22,378 nt of DNA. Source: a virus (taxonomy: Duplodnaviria > Heunggongvirae > Uroviricota > Caudoviricetes). The stretch's first letter is position 1. Every line of letters starts with the position of its first letter. The position numbers were made by a program, and so were the translations under genes. Below are positions 1 to 8,955 of this stretch, piece after piece. The DNA lies in IMG/VR virus record IMGVR_UViG_2721755651_000013. One strand, 5' to 3'. Below the pieces are notes generated by a model that was not told the DNA's origin, did not search any database, and was given only the letters and a program-made list of their open reading frames with translations.

Positions 1-126
1 ATGTCTGCACCTGCATTGCCTGATGTCAGAACAGTATTTTGATTAATTGCCAGGGTTACAATGGCACAAATGCGGCACAGGAGGAAACGTGGTGTATTTA
101 AATATGGGGTAACTACTTGATTTAAA

Positions 127-142
127 TGGTGCGATAATAGGA
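127..142. repeat. Putative left att direct repeat of the P4-like element (tggtgcgataatagga; imperfect copy of the tRNA-Thr 3'-end core found at 13013..13030)
   Basis: 16-nt stretch matches tggtgccgataatagga at 13013..13029 except for one missing c, in the same orientation; spacing of about 12.9 kb fits a P4-like satellite. Short and imperfect, so tentative. Confidence 0.3.
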
Positions 143-675
143 ACCAATAATCGCCACCAACACAATGATTTTAATACATAAATTAAAATAGAAGATTTAA
201 ACTACACACACCCCTATACACATTGGTGAAGGCGTTCGCTTTCCGCGCATTCTCAAGGCAGAAAAAACTTTTTTTGGGGGAAAACTGTTCATACTACTCA
301 TTGTGTTTTTTTTCATTAATATTCAAAAAGATATGAAATTAACGATTGATAAGAAGTGAACACTTTACTGTTCACCTTGACTGATTAATAAGTGCATAAA
401 AACCTAATTTTTGAGCACGGAAGGTATTTGTTCCTTACCCCATTTTTTCTCTTTAGTCCAGTACAACAAAAAATGCGCCCAACAGAAAACTGTTTTGAAT
501 TTAAATGCAATCGCTTTGTAGTGATTGTAACGTAAGTTGATTTGATGGGTGCGATTTTGTTTAGCGATAATGGTATGTTGTAAAAATCATTTCGTTGCAA
601 TAAAATTGCATCGCTACATTTTATAGACAATATCAATTAAATTTTAATACTCATTATTAATTTTGAGGCTAACAA

Positions 676-1632
676 GTGACTAGTTATTCAAACTTTTCCA
701 ATCAAATAAAAGAAACCATCAATAATAAATTCGATCATGAAATTCATGATTGGGACATTATAAAAAACTCAATCACAACTTTAATAAATAAAAATATCCA
801 TGGTGCAGGTAGAAATATCGTTGATTTTATAGATTTAGGTAACTGGGATTTTATTTCAAACTTTTCCTTTGATGACTCTACAAGAAGACTTGAATTAGAG
901 TGGCACCCCAATGATAAATTCCATATATATATTGAGTCCGTTGTGTTTGTCGAGTTTAATGACACTATATATGCTTTCTTAAAGGGATACTATCACAATC
1001 AGTTATCTCTAAATAGAATATATAATACAAAATGCTCTTCATGTTCATTTGAAAACTCAGGTTCTTATATGGTAGACGTTTATAGAACGGTTAAAAGAGT
1101 AAATGAGACAATCCAGACCCCAAATATAAATTGCTATACTACATGTATTTTAACAAGGCCCGCAAATGGTCATGTTACATCTACAGGCTTCTCACGAAAC
1201 CTCATGGATGCGATAAATATTTCATTAGCAGAGCACAAAATAGCCTCTTTACATAATGAAGTCATGAGTATTGAGGAATATGATCGTGATTCTTTACAAG
1301 AGAAAGGAAATACTGCCAGGAGATATTTAGAATATATTCTCATGCTTGTTAATATTCGTATAATGCATTTAAACAACGTTCAATACCAAGAGCAAATGCT
1401 AGGTAGTTTAGTTTCTGTTATTGAGGCTCTGGACTATGAACCATTAATGAAAAATGATGTTGAAATTACAAAGGACATCCTTAATGCTTGCAGCCACCAC
1501 GGGGGGGTTAGAATTGAAAAGAAAGATGTAATTTTTTCTTTGGAAGTTATTGAAAACTTAATTAAAGCCATAAAGAAAACCGACATAAATAAATTACAAC
1601 TCGATGGGATGTTTAAATCAATTCAAAAATAA
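676..1632 (+). CDS. Hypothetical protein, AT-rich orphan cargo gene at the alpha-distal end of the P4-like element
   Basis: 318-aa ORF with GTG start preceded by GAGG about 6 nt upstream; strongly AT-rich compared with the neighbouring P4 core genes; strong hairpin downstream; no motif I can recognise. Confidence 0.6.
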   Translation: MTSYSNFSNQIKETINNKFDHEIHDWDIIKNSITTLINKNIHGAGRNIVDFIDLGNWDFISNFSFDDSTRRLELEWHPNDKFHIYIESVVFVEFNDTIYAFLKGYYHNQLSLNRIYNTKCSSCSFENSGSYMVDVYRTVKRVNETIQTPNINCYTTCILTRPANGHVTSTGFSRNLMDAINISLAEHKIASLHNEVMSIEEYDRDSLQEKGNTARRYLEYILMLVNIRIMHLNNVQYQEQMLGSLVSVIEALDYEPLMKNDVEITKDILNACSHHGGVRIEKKDVIFSLEVIENLIKAIKKTDINKLQLDGMFKSIQK

Positions 1633-1737
1633 ACATCATCTAACAATGAATTAGATGCATTTTCCGCTGACGCCTTAGCATATAACTTTTAAATTTTATC
1701 GATATATATTTTGAGATAATTTCCTGTAGCGGATTTA

Positions 1738-1758
1738 AGACCGGCACAGCCGGTCTTA
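1738..1758. terminator. Hairpin aagaccggc-aca-gccggtctt between the convergent 318-aa gene and alpha (putative bidirectional terminator)
   Basis: Perfect 9-bp GC-rich stem with 3-nt loop immediately 3' of both convergent genes; no clean U-tract, so termination efficiency is uncertain. Confidence 0.45.
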
Positions 1759-1764
1759 GGTCAG

Positions 1765-4098
1765 TTATTTCGCTGCAAACTCATCGCATTTTGGCAACCA
1801 GTCAGCATTGCTTTCCTCTCTTAGGGCCAGATTAGTCTGCATTCCTTGATTGGTCCGTCGTTTCTCATACTGCAGCCCATATTCCTTGAGCATTAACGGT
1901 AGCCCCTTGCCAAACATGGTCAGACTGAGCGTATTTTTATAGCCGTTAGCCTCCATGTAGACCAGATAGGCATGGTAGAGGTAAGTTCGAGGCTGACGTG
2001 GAACAATATTAGCGTTCCCCATAAACATGCCCGTGGTGTCAGGTAGGACCTCAAGGTAGCCGCAAAAATCAAAAGCTGAATCAGCATCACGTTTGATGGT
2101 GAGCGCTTCATCGGAGTTCTGCTGTGACTGAAGCAATGTCCTGGCACTCATTGGGTCGCTGAAACGCTGCATAAGCTGGCGAACAATCACCGCTAGCTCA
2201 CTGGCAATTTTCTCTTTGAGCTGGGTATCGCGTTCCTCCGGGGCTATCTGGTCGGGGAAATGCAGGATCACCCTTCGGCGTGAAACTCCACCACTACGAT
2301 CAGTGAAGCGCATCGGATTATTGTTCACAGCCAGGATGACCGCCGGGATGTGGGTTGAATAGGCGTTCTGATATTTGGGATCAACGGATACCGCATCGCC
2401 GCCAGTGATGGCTTTTAGTCCGGCCCCGTCACCGCTCCACTTTTCCTGGTCGGGAAGTCGAATCAGTGAAAAACCTATTAACGCAGCTCGTTCTCTTGGC
2501 GACTCAAGCATTTCAATGGTTGCCGAGGTCGCGTTATCTTCACCCGCCAGCATGGTTGCTATTTCAGCAAGAATACTCTTTCCACTTCCGCCAGGGCCAG
2601 TGACCTCCAGAAACAGCTGCCAGTCATAACGGTTAGCCAGCACCATAAACAATGCAGCCAGAATAATGTCCCGTTTTTCAGGATTAAAACCTGCGGCACG
2701 ATCCAGCCAGCGCCAGAATGCCGGGGCATGGGTTTCCAGTGACTCACCGTCAACGGGCTGCGTGTAATCCACCTCGCACAGCGTACGTAACCAGTGCTTC
2801 TTATCGTGCGGGCTGAACAATCCTGTCCGGGTATCGAGCACACCGTTGCGAAATCCGATAAGTTGCCGCGCCGGATTCTGCTGTTGCGGAACGATCAGTT
2901 TGAGGGTTTCCACGAGAGACGCAATTTTCGCGGATGAAAAAGGTGCGTCGAGGCGCTGAAACAGCGCAGCGACATCACGGGCAAAATCGGCGTAATAGAT
3001 AACTTTCCAGGCCCCCGCCTCATAGCGTGAAAGGAGCTGCCCGTTCGGGTCTACTGCCAGTGAATTTTTATAGTGATCCACTACCCTCTGCGCTTTTTCG
3101 CTGACGCTCAGCGCGGTAAATTCAGCTTCGCTCATTGTGTCGAAGGGGCTGGCAACAGCTGGTTTTATTACTTCATGAATTGCATGCCGGGTGGCTTCTT
3201 CGCCGTTTTGCGTGAATGCATCGTTCCAGTCACCAAACACAGGCGGGAGCGCCATTGTGCAATTGCAGGCCCCGGTAACAGCTGCGCCCCTTGTTTGCCC
3301 CGCACCGTTGAGATCGCGGTCAGCAGCAATAATTATCTGGTGCGTTGGGTACTCACTGCAGGCAATGCTCGCCAGGGAAAGGAAATTGACGGACGAAAAG
3401 GCCACCATGACAGCATCGCCAGTCAGATAGTTGATAGTAAGTGCGGTGGCATATCCTTCCGCTATCCAGAGCCGTTTGGCTGCTTTGGCAGTACCTTCAA
3501 CCAGGTAAAAGGCATTCTTAACCTGACCGCCTTTAAGGAAGCATTTGCCCCCATTAGCGTTGATTAACTGCAGATTTACCAGCTCTCCATCTGCATACAA
3601 TGGAACGACAAGATCTCCCGCGCGAAATGCCACACCACCGACTTTATGCATAGCGGTTAATTCCCGGCAAGGCAGTGCAGGAAACCCTTTACTCGTCAGA
3701 TAGGCATTGCCAGTGGTCTGGCGGGACTTATCAAACAAACGGGCAGCCAGCACTGCTGCAGCTTTTCTCCCGTCCTCTTTTTCAGGAGAACCAGATTCAA
3801 GCATTCCCTGAGATACTGGCAGCAGGTTTCCGATAATGCCGTTTATTCTGTCTGCCGCTTCACTAATGCCTACATCCAGTACTTTACTTACAAGCGCCAG
3901 GCCATCACCTGCCCCGCACTGGTTACAGAACCACGTTCCCCGCCCTTCCTGGTCATCAAATCGAAAGCGGTCTTTCCCGGCACAGACCGGGCAGGGCTGG
4001 TGCCGATTTTTCAGTACATTTACGCCCAGCGCAGGTAAAATTCTTGACCAGTGACCCCGAGCTGCTTTCTCAGCCTGGCTAACTTTCATTCCTGACAT
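1765..4098 (-). CDS. P4 alpha-type bifunctional primase/helicase (zinc-binding primase domain + TOPRIM + D5-type NTPase)
   Basis: Protein has CPVCAGKDRFRFDD...FCNQCG zinc motif, Walker A GPGGSGKS, and overall P4 alpha-like layout. Start moved to the ATG at 4096..4098 because AAGGAGG lies 8 nt upstream; this gives 777 aa. The ORF-track start at 4155 is probably an upstream extension. Confidence 0.9.
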   Translation of the reverse strand: MSGMKVSQAEKAARGHWSRILPALGVNVLKNRHQPCPVCAGKDRFRFDDQEGRGTWFCNQCGAGDGLALVSKVLDVGISEAADRINGIIGNLLPVSQGMLESGSPEKEDGRKAAAVLAARLFDKSRQTTGNAYLTSKGFPALPCRELTAMHKVGGVAFRAGDLVVPLYADGELVNLQLINANGGKCFLKGGQVKNAFYLVEGTAKAAKRLWIAEGYATALTINYLTGDAVMVAFSSVNFLSLASIACSEYPTHQIIIAADRDLNGAGQTRGAAVTGACNCTMALPPVFGDWNDAFTQNGEEATRHAIHEVIKPAVASPFDTMSEAEFTALSVSEKAQRVVDHYKNSLAVDPNGQLLSRYEAGAWKVIYYADFARDVAALFQRLDAPFSSAKIASLVETLKLIVPQQQNPARQLIGFRNGVLDTRTGLFSPHDKKHWLRTLCEVDYTQPVDGESLETHAPAFWRWLDRAAGFNPEKRDIILAALFMVLANRYDWQLFLEVTGPGGSGKSILAEIATMLAGEDNATSATIEMLESPRERAALIGFSLIRLPDQEKWSGDGAGLKAITGGDAVSVDPKYQNAYSTHIPAVILAVNNNPMRFTDRSGGVSRRRVILHFPDQIAPEERDTQLKEKIASELAVIVRQLMQRFSDPMSARTLLQSQQNSDEALTIKRDADSAFDFCGYLEVLPDTTGMFMGNANIVPRQPRTYLYHAYLVYMEANGYKNTLSLTMFGKGLPLMLKEYGLQYEKRRTNQGMQTNLALREESNADWLPKCDEFAAK

Positions 4099-4111
4099 TG
4101 TGCGGCCCTCC

Positions 4112-4435
4112 TTAGTGCAGCGCTGGTTTGTTGAGGTGACGGGAACAAAGTTCATCCATGACCGTCATTCCGAGCAGTGAGAGAACCGGACAGGCTTTAA
4201 GCGGCCCCGACTCCATCAGATCCGAAAGCAACGCGCAGGCAATTTCCAGCCCTCTTTGCTGCCCATGCTGGCGCAGATAGAACCCTTCCAGCTCGCGGGC
4301 TATGGCATCTTCAAGTTCAGCGAGCGTCAGGCCGGAATAACGTTCCTGATGATTGCTTAGAGCCAGCCAGGCACAGGCAACGGCACGGCGATACAGAGCG
4401 GCACGAAGTGCCAGAAGAGATTCACAGCATATCAT
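4112..4435 (-). CDS. Small hypothetical protein of the P4-like early (alpha) operon
   Basis: 107-aa ORF, GGAGGTG Shine-Dalgarno about 7 nt upstream, TGATG stop/start overlap with upstream ORF, same strand as and directly upstream of alpha. Function not assignable from sequence. Confidence 0.55.
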   Translation of the reverse strand: MICCESLLALRAALYRRAVACAWLALSNHQERYSGLTLAELEDAIARELEGFYLRQHGQQRGLEIACALLSDLMESGPLKACPVLSLLGMTVMDELCSRHLNKPALH

Positions 4436-4656
4436 CAGGCCACCTCCGCATTCATCAGGTCGTCATGGCAGCGTTGCACCACTCCATCCAGTTGCTCTGT
4501 CATCAGATAAATGAGGGAAACCAGTTGTTCGCATTGGGCACCTGCTGGCTTTTCATAACAGTCCTGCAGGGCTGCCATGCCAGTTACATACTCACCCACA
4601 TTGCGTAAATGTTTCAGCCTTACAACATCGTCGTAGGAAATCTCAAACTGGTTCAT
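4435..4656 (-). CDS. Small hypothetical protein of the P4-like early operon
   Basis: 73-aa ORF with strong GGGGAGGTGA Shine-Dalgarno about 7 nt upstream of the ATG; coupled to the downstream ORF by a 1-nt overlap. Confidence 0.55.
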   Translation of the reverse strand: MNQFEISYDDVVRLKHLRNVGEYVTGMAALQDCYEKPAGAQCEQLVSLIYLMTEQLDGVVQRCHDDLMNAEVA

Positions 4657-5206
4657 AGCGTCACCTCCCCGGCAGGCAGCCGTGCAGAAAGGGAGAGTAC
4701 ATAATCTCGGACTAGCAAACGGCGCGCGGAACGCTCATCGCAGGAGACAGTGCGAAGCATACAGATGCGGGGGTGAGTGTCAGCACGGCGGATTGCGGCA
4801 AACACAAAGACATATTGCGGGTGTGACGGGGTGAGGATTGTAGCCATGATGGCAGCCTCCAATAAGTAGCGGTTATTGCTACCACCGGAAACGCCAATTT
4901 CACTGGTGGCAGCCCGAACGGGGTTGGCGTAACCGGCCTTATTGGAAACCGGCCAGCCCGAAGGCTGCCCCGCCCGGACTACCATTATCTCGATAGAACC
5001 ATGGTGTAAGCATAAACACCACAGCCCTGAAAATGGTTGTGCCTGAGCTACGACGTAAAAAAAGACGCAAGGGGCGTCAATTGTCGCCAATAAGTTATAC
5101 GGAACGCCAATTCCGGCTGCCGATTTTGCGACAGCGGAAAAACTATACCTGGAAATGACGACAGTAAGCAAGCCAGAATAAAGGTATTTAATGTATGCAG
5201 GTATCA

Positions 5207-5467
5207 TCATGCATCACATCCCCGCCCACGGGCGCTGATGCGGTCCGCCATCCATGCGCTGACCTCAGACTGTGCCCAGGCGACATTTTTACCGCCAAGC
5301 GGGATCTGCTTCGGAAACGCATCGCGGCTGATCAGGTCGTAAACGGTCGAACGGGACAACCCGCATAAGTGCATCACCTCAGGCAGGCGTAAAAATCGCT
5401 CATGATGGTTCGATACAGGAAATAATGGCGCAGCAGGAGCTGGCGCAGACACAGAAATATTACGCAT
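5207..5467 (-). CDS. alpA: AlpA-family phage transcriptional regulator (MerR-like HTH)
   Basis: 86 aa; LRLPEV...GLSRSTVY...FP...W signature pattern of AlpA/prophage CP4-57-type regulators; sits divergent from the late operon, as in P4-like elements. Confidence 0.75.
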   Translation of the reverse strand: MRNISVSAPAPAAPLFPVSNHHERFLRLPEVMHLCGLSRSTVYDLISRDAFPKQIPLGGKNVAWAQSEVSAWMADRISARGRGCDA

Positions 5468-6020
5468 TTATCTACCCTCTTTAATTTCCACAACAGTCCG
5501 GATGAATTTATCCGGGTTCAGGTAGTTCCTTATTATGTGTATATAAACCACCTGCGCACGCATTTTTTATTTAGCGTCACATATTGATTTTATGGAATTT
5601 AAAGCCCGATTAAACCATATAAAATGACATAATAAATACCATGCCTGCGGACTATAAATACAGGAGCATTAATAGGAACTACCATTCACCCAGGGTTTAC
5701 TATCCTATGGGTCATTGCACCTGATAGTGCTAACCCCACCGCCAATACAGCAAGGCAGTACAACTTCTACACGAGGCCTTGCATTGCAGGCCCCAATTTC
5801 CGGGCATATTTTTGAATCGCATCCAACTTATAAACATTGGGCCTGCATAAAAACCTTGATATTAAATAACATCACCTTAAATCGTAAAATATATCCGAAT
5901 GAATCCATAAAGAACCGGACAGATCTAGTTTTATAAAAATCAGTATGAAATGCAACACCATGGCCAGAGGCGAAAATGTTATTCCCCGGCAAAAACATGC
6001 AGTCTATTTATGTGCCTGTT

Positions 6021-6054
6021 GAATACTCCTGAATAAGGGTGAATAGTGGTGAGG
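6021..6054. repeat. Three GAATA motifs at 10-bp phasing ending in GGTGAATAGTGGTGAGG; iteron-like
   Basis: gaatactcct gaataagggt gaatagtggt: GAATA at 6021, 6031, 6041 (helical phasing); GGTGAATA resembles the reverse complement of the P4 ori/crr octamer TGTTCACC (one mismatch, as I recall it). Confidence 0.35.
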
Positions 6055-6215
6055 AGCAAAAAACAAATAGCTACGAGGAATAAAAAAACCACCCATTATG
6101 AAAAAATACCATAAATAATTTTATTCCCATGTGAACAGTTATGAACAGTCGATGAATACTGCCATGCCAACCCTTCACCTTATAACCTTCTGTATTACCT
6201 ATTTTTTTTACCTAA

Positions 6216-6235
6216 GTGAATAGTAGTGAATAGTT
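6216..6235. repeat. Tandem 10-bp direct repeat GTGAATAGTA/GTGAATAGTT (iteron-like, same motif as 6039..6047)
   Basis: Two adjacent copies of GTGAATAGT seen directly; the same 9-mer also occurs at 6039..6047. Location in the alpA-sid intergenic region suits a replication or regulatory protein-binding array. Confidence 0.4.
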
Positions 6236-6312
6236 AAGGTAAGTCTGAAACAGCCTTAGTTAAACGAGGCCTTTTCTGGCTAGCCAAAAGAGGTCCGGGG
6301 CGGTTCAGTCTT

Positions 6313-6380
6313 TGTCTTGTCGCTCGCACAATGGCGTTCAATGGCAGCTTTGTATGCATCACAGCACAATTGACACCACG
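6313..6380 (+). promoter_or_regulatory. Putative Delta/Ogr-activated late promoter (Psid-like) with a TGT-N12-ACA dyad
   Basis: TGTcttgtcgctcgcACA at 6313..6330 and a second TGT-N12-ACA at 6351..6368; the first dyad is centred about 80 nt upstream of the sid ATG, i.e. near -55 if transcription starts about 25 nt upstream; CACAAT as a possible -10 at 6365..6370. The TGT-N12-ACA spacing is the known P2/P4 late-activator site pattern. Confidence 0.45.
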
Positions 6381-6400
6381 ACAAACCACTAGGTGCTGAC

Positions 6401-7153
6401 ATGACAATCCCAGAACAGAACAATAACCCGATCGTTGAAATTTCTATCCCTGTTTCGACGCAACAGGCGCTTGAGAAAGTGAATGCCACCAAATCTGCAT
6501 GGCTTGAAGCACGTCGTCAGCAAAAAGCGGCAGCGGATAATATTGCGACAATCCGCCAGCGCCGCGCTGAAATGGAAGCCACGACGAACGCCCTGAATGA
6601 GGAGTGGCGCACGCTATTTCGTGAAAGTCAGGGCGTAGTCTCAAAGGAAATGAAAAAACTGCGCACGGAAATTGCGCTGGGACGAGAAACGCTTGAGGAT
6701 TTTGATGAGCTGCTGGCGGCTCAGGAAAGCGAAAATGCACTTTTGCCGCAGGAGGCTGCGGAATTAGCCGGAAAGTATATCCACGCGCACGACACCCTTG
6801 TGGGTATTCGCGCAAAACAAATCTGGGAAGATTTTATGCAGTCGCATGGAAAAGCACTAATCCAGACACTAAGCCTGCTCAAATCAACAATGGGCAGGGA
6901 AGCCAGCGCAGTTGTCGGTGTGGTGCATTCAGTTAATGACCCGGACACACTGCTGAAAGATTTTATTCATAAACATATCACCAGACCGGCTCTGACTAAC
7001 GATGCGATGCCCGAACAGGACCCCGTGTTTAAACTGGCGGGAGTTGCCCCGGATTATGCGGCCCGTCTGGATTTCAGTAATAAACTCTCTCCAGCAGCTA
7101 TGCATAAAATGAAGGTTCGTCAGGAACGTGCTGAGAAGGAGAAAGCAGTATGA
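6401..7153 (+). CDS. sid: Sid-like capsid size-determination (external scaffold) protein
   Basis: 250 aa (P4 Sid is about 244 aa); first gene after the late promoter; shares the AWL...DFMQ.HG.AL motif with the next ORF, consistent with Sid and Psu being related; AGGTG Shine-Dalgarno. Confidence 0.65.
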   Translation: MTIPEQNNNPIVEISIPVSTQQALEKVNATKSAWLEARRQQKAAADNIATIRQRRAEMEATTNALNEEWRTLFRESQGVVSKEMKKLRTEIALGRETLEDFDELLAAQESENALLPQEAAELAGKYIHAHDTLVGIRAKQIWEDFMQSHGKALIQTLSLLKSTMGREASAVVGVVHSVNDPDTLLKDFIHKHITRPALTNDAMPEQDPVFKLAGVAPDYAARLDFSNKLSPAAMHKMKVRQERAEKEKAV

Positions 7154-7701
7154 TGGCCCGAGTCACTCCAGACCAAGCGCTTATCAGTTTTAGAAATGCC
7201 CGTATTCTGTGGGCTGGACATAGTGAGAGCCGAAAAGCCGTTGAACAACAGATAGAATCACTCCTCACTGCCATGGAAAAACCAGCAGATTATGCTCGAC
7301 AGCTCGAATTACAGCGGGAACATCTGGATGTGCTGAAATGGCAAATTAACTGTGCTGCGCGCGAATGCATTTACTCGCAGCATCAACTGATGGAGGCCTG
7401 CACAGAAGACGCTCTCAGCAATTTTATGCAGGCGAATGGAGCAGCCCTGACATCTGCACTGGCTCCGTTCCTGAAGGGGCGCGGAGGGGTTGACGTTGCG
7501 TCCCGTATATTACGCAATGCTCTGGTTCGCCAGCTGGCAATAACACCGCCTGAAATTGCCGGGGATTATCGTATGATTCTGGATGAATCCGGTGTGATGC
7601 CTGACCCCATGATGGTTCGTGATTGCCAGAGCTCTTACACCCCTGCACAACAACTGCGCTTTCAGCAACGTCTGGATTACATTAACGGCATGCAGGAGTA
7701 A
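7150..7701 (+). CDS. psu: Psu-like polarity suppression / capsid decoration protein
   Basis: 183 aa (P4 Psu about 190 aa); FMQANGAALTSALAPFL and a C-terminal TPAQQ segment resemble what I recall of P4 Psu; ATGA start/stop overlap with sid. Confidence 0.7.
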   Translation: MMARVTPDQALISFRNARILWAGHSESRKAVEQQIESLLTAMEKPADYARQLELQREHLDVLKWQINCAARECIYSQHQLMEACTEDALSNFMQANGAALTSALAPFLKGRGGVDVASRILRNALVRQLAITPPEIAGDYRMILDESGVMPDPMMVRDCQSSYTPAQQLRFQQRLDYINGMQE

Positions 7702-7706
7702 TATTA

Positions 7707-7979
7707 ATGGCACTTAAATGTCCCGAATGCGGTACGACGGCACACGCCAGAACCTCCGCCTATGAAGCACCATCGGTTAAACGCTCATGGTATCAGTGCC
7801 AGAATCTTGAATGTTCCTACACATTTACCGCACTGGAAAGTGTGGATACGATAATCATGAAGCCCCGGCGCAATGAACAGGAATCAGAGAAAGCACAAAT
7901 GCCGGAAAAACAACAGCAAACTCTCAATCGCTATGGCTCCGCGTCAAAGCTGTCAAGCCGTCAGCAAATTCCTGTCTGA
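7707..7979 (+). CDS. delta: Delta/Ogr-family zinc-finger late transcriptional activator
   Basis: N-terminus CPECGTTAHARTS...YQCQNLECSYTF is the C2-C2 Ogr/Delta zinc-finger signature; GGAG Shine-Dalgarno 7 nt upstream. Confidence 0.85.
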   Translation: MALKCPECGTTAHARTSAYEAPSVKRSWYQCQNLECSYTFTALESVDTIIMKPRRNEQESEKAQMPEKQQQTLNRYGSASKLSSRQQIPV

Positions 7980-8000
7980 TTAGCAAAAAAAGCCCACGTA

Positions 8001-8026
8001 ATCCCGGTCCAGTACTGGGATTTTTT
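8001..8026 (+). terminator. Rho-independent terminator of the sid-psu-delta operon
   Basis: atccc...tccagtactgga palindrome...gggat followed by tttttt, about 20 nt after the delta stop. Confidence 0.55.
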
Positions 8027-8052
8027 ACGCCTTTTCCCTGGCTGGCCTGAGA

Positions 8053-8100
8053 GCGCATGAGTGCATGTCTATAGCGCATGAAAACGCATGATTCTCATGC
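8053..8100. repeat. Cluster of CGCATGA / TGCATG / TCATGC repeats (possible cos/terminase or regulator binding array)
   Basis: gcgcatga gtgcatg ... gcgcatga aaa cgcatga ttc tcatgc: five CATG-containing repeat units in 48 bp, in the position where P4 carries cos (between the late operon and int-side cargo). Confidence 0.3.
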
Positions 8101-8332
8101 ACCATTTTTGACGCGAAAGCCCTTGTGTGGTGGCTTCTGAGACGATTTGCGGAATGCATGAAAACCAGTCTGTTAAGCGAAGCGAGCAGGCGTGGGGGGC
8201 TGCGCGCGCTAAGGGGTTAGATTATAAAATATCAAACGCCGGTGAGATCCATTATTGTGGAACCACCCGAAGGAAGTGTAGAGGCGAAAGTACCCAAAAT
8301 AATTTTGCAAATTATTTAGAAATGAACTGAGC

Positions 8333-8358
8333 GCTCGAAACGAAATATAATTTCGAGC
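8333..8358 (-). terminator. Hairpin gctcgaaa-N10-tttcgagc just 3' of the minus-strand cargo operon
   Basis: Perfect 8-bp inverted repeat with 10-nt loop located about 30 nt after the stop of the last cargo ORF (8389); no strong U-tract. Confidence 0.4.
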
Positions 8359-8388
8359 ACCCCAATTAGCAGTTATATTTTTAATGTA

Positions 8389-8955
8389 TTAAACAGGATA
8401 AAAACCAGAGCTTCCATTCTTATTTAAGTTATGGATTTTATTTGCATCATTAATTTTTATTTGGAACGTCGGACCTTTATTCTCAAGAATTACAATCTGG
8501 AAATTATAGTCCCTTTTGATTAATGCGTGATAAAATGAATCACTGAGACTGACGCTATTAACATCCGATAGAGAACCCCCTCTATCTTTATCAAAGTGCG
8601 TCACTAATGGACTATCAAGCACAACAAATCCAATGAATGGATTCCCTTTTCTTGATAAAAATTCCGCAAAGCAAATGGTAAATATAGCATGCATTACTGC
8701 ACGGGTACCTTTACCAAACATTCCTCGGCGTTTCCCATTGATATTAAAGTCATATGTATCTTCGTCAAATCGCACTTTGTTATCTTTAGAATTTTCAAAA
8801 TTTATATCATTCAAAAAGTCTTGCATCGCTATTTCTATATCATACAAATCAGCTACTGTTAAGGAGTCAAAGTCCTCGGCGGAGTATTTAAGTTCGTCAA
8901 CATCATCTTCTTTATCTTGTAATGAAGATAGAATGCTATGTTTTGTGTGATCCAT
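8389..8955 (-). CDS. C-terminal ABC/SMC-type ATPase head segment (putative Walker B/D-loop region) of the cargo ATPase
   Basis: 188 aa; GMFGKGTRAVMHAIF (signature-like) followed by NPFIGFVVLDSPLVTHFD (hydrophobic strand + Asp, Walker-B-like); TAATG stop/start overlap with the upstream ORF; no Shine-Dalgarno; reading frame is open about 20 codons upstream of the ATG. Confidence 0.5.
   Translation of the reverse strand: MDHTKHSILSSLQDKEDDVDELKYSAEDFDSLTVADLYDIEIAMQDFLNDINFENSKDNKVRFDEDTYDFNINGKRRGMFGKGTRAVMHAIFTICFAEFLSRKGNPFIGFVVLDSPLVTHFDKDRGGSLSDVNSVSLSDSFYHALIKRDYNFQIVILENKGPTFQIKINDANKIHNLNKNGSSGFYPV

Noticed and set aside
385-636. 83-aa minus-strand ORF in the AT-rich leader upstream of the 318-aa gene
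   Set aside because: Lies in an AT-rich intergenic region, has no ribosome-binding site, and shows Cys/Leu/Ile-rich low-complexity translation; more likely promoter/regulatory DNA.
1920-4054. Several 60-165-aa ORFs on both strands inside the alpha gene (e.g. 1920..2147, 2375..2629, 2559..2843, 3073..3567, 3191..3430, 3836..4054)
   Set aside because: All are embedded in or antisense to the long, well-supported primase/helicase ORF and have biased, non-protein-like composition.
4653-5210. 185-aa minus-strand ORF between alpA and the small early ORFs
   Set aside because: Amino-acid composition (A/V/L/S/G-rich, few charged residues) looks like an out-of-frame GC-rich translation, and there is no convincing Shine-Dalgarno sequence. 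The interval more likely holds noncoding regulatory or RNA elements, as in the P4 immunity region. Not excluded, since it starts at an ATGA overlap with the alpA stop.
6444-6948. Minus-strand ORFs antisense to sid (6444..6815, 6721..6948) and to psu (7424..7713)
   Set aside because: Antisense overlaps of a well-supported late operon with no start signals.
8127-8330. 67-aa plus-strand ORF after the late-operon terminator
   Set aside because: Sits downstream of a terminator in the cos-like repeat region with no ribosome-binding site; probably noncoding.
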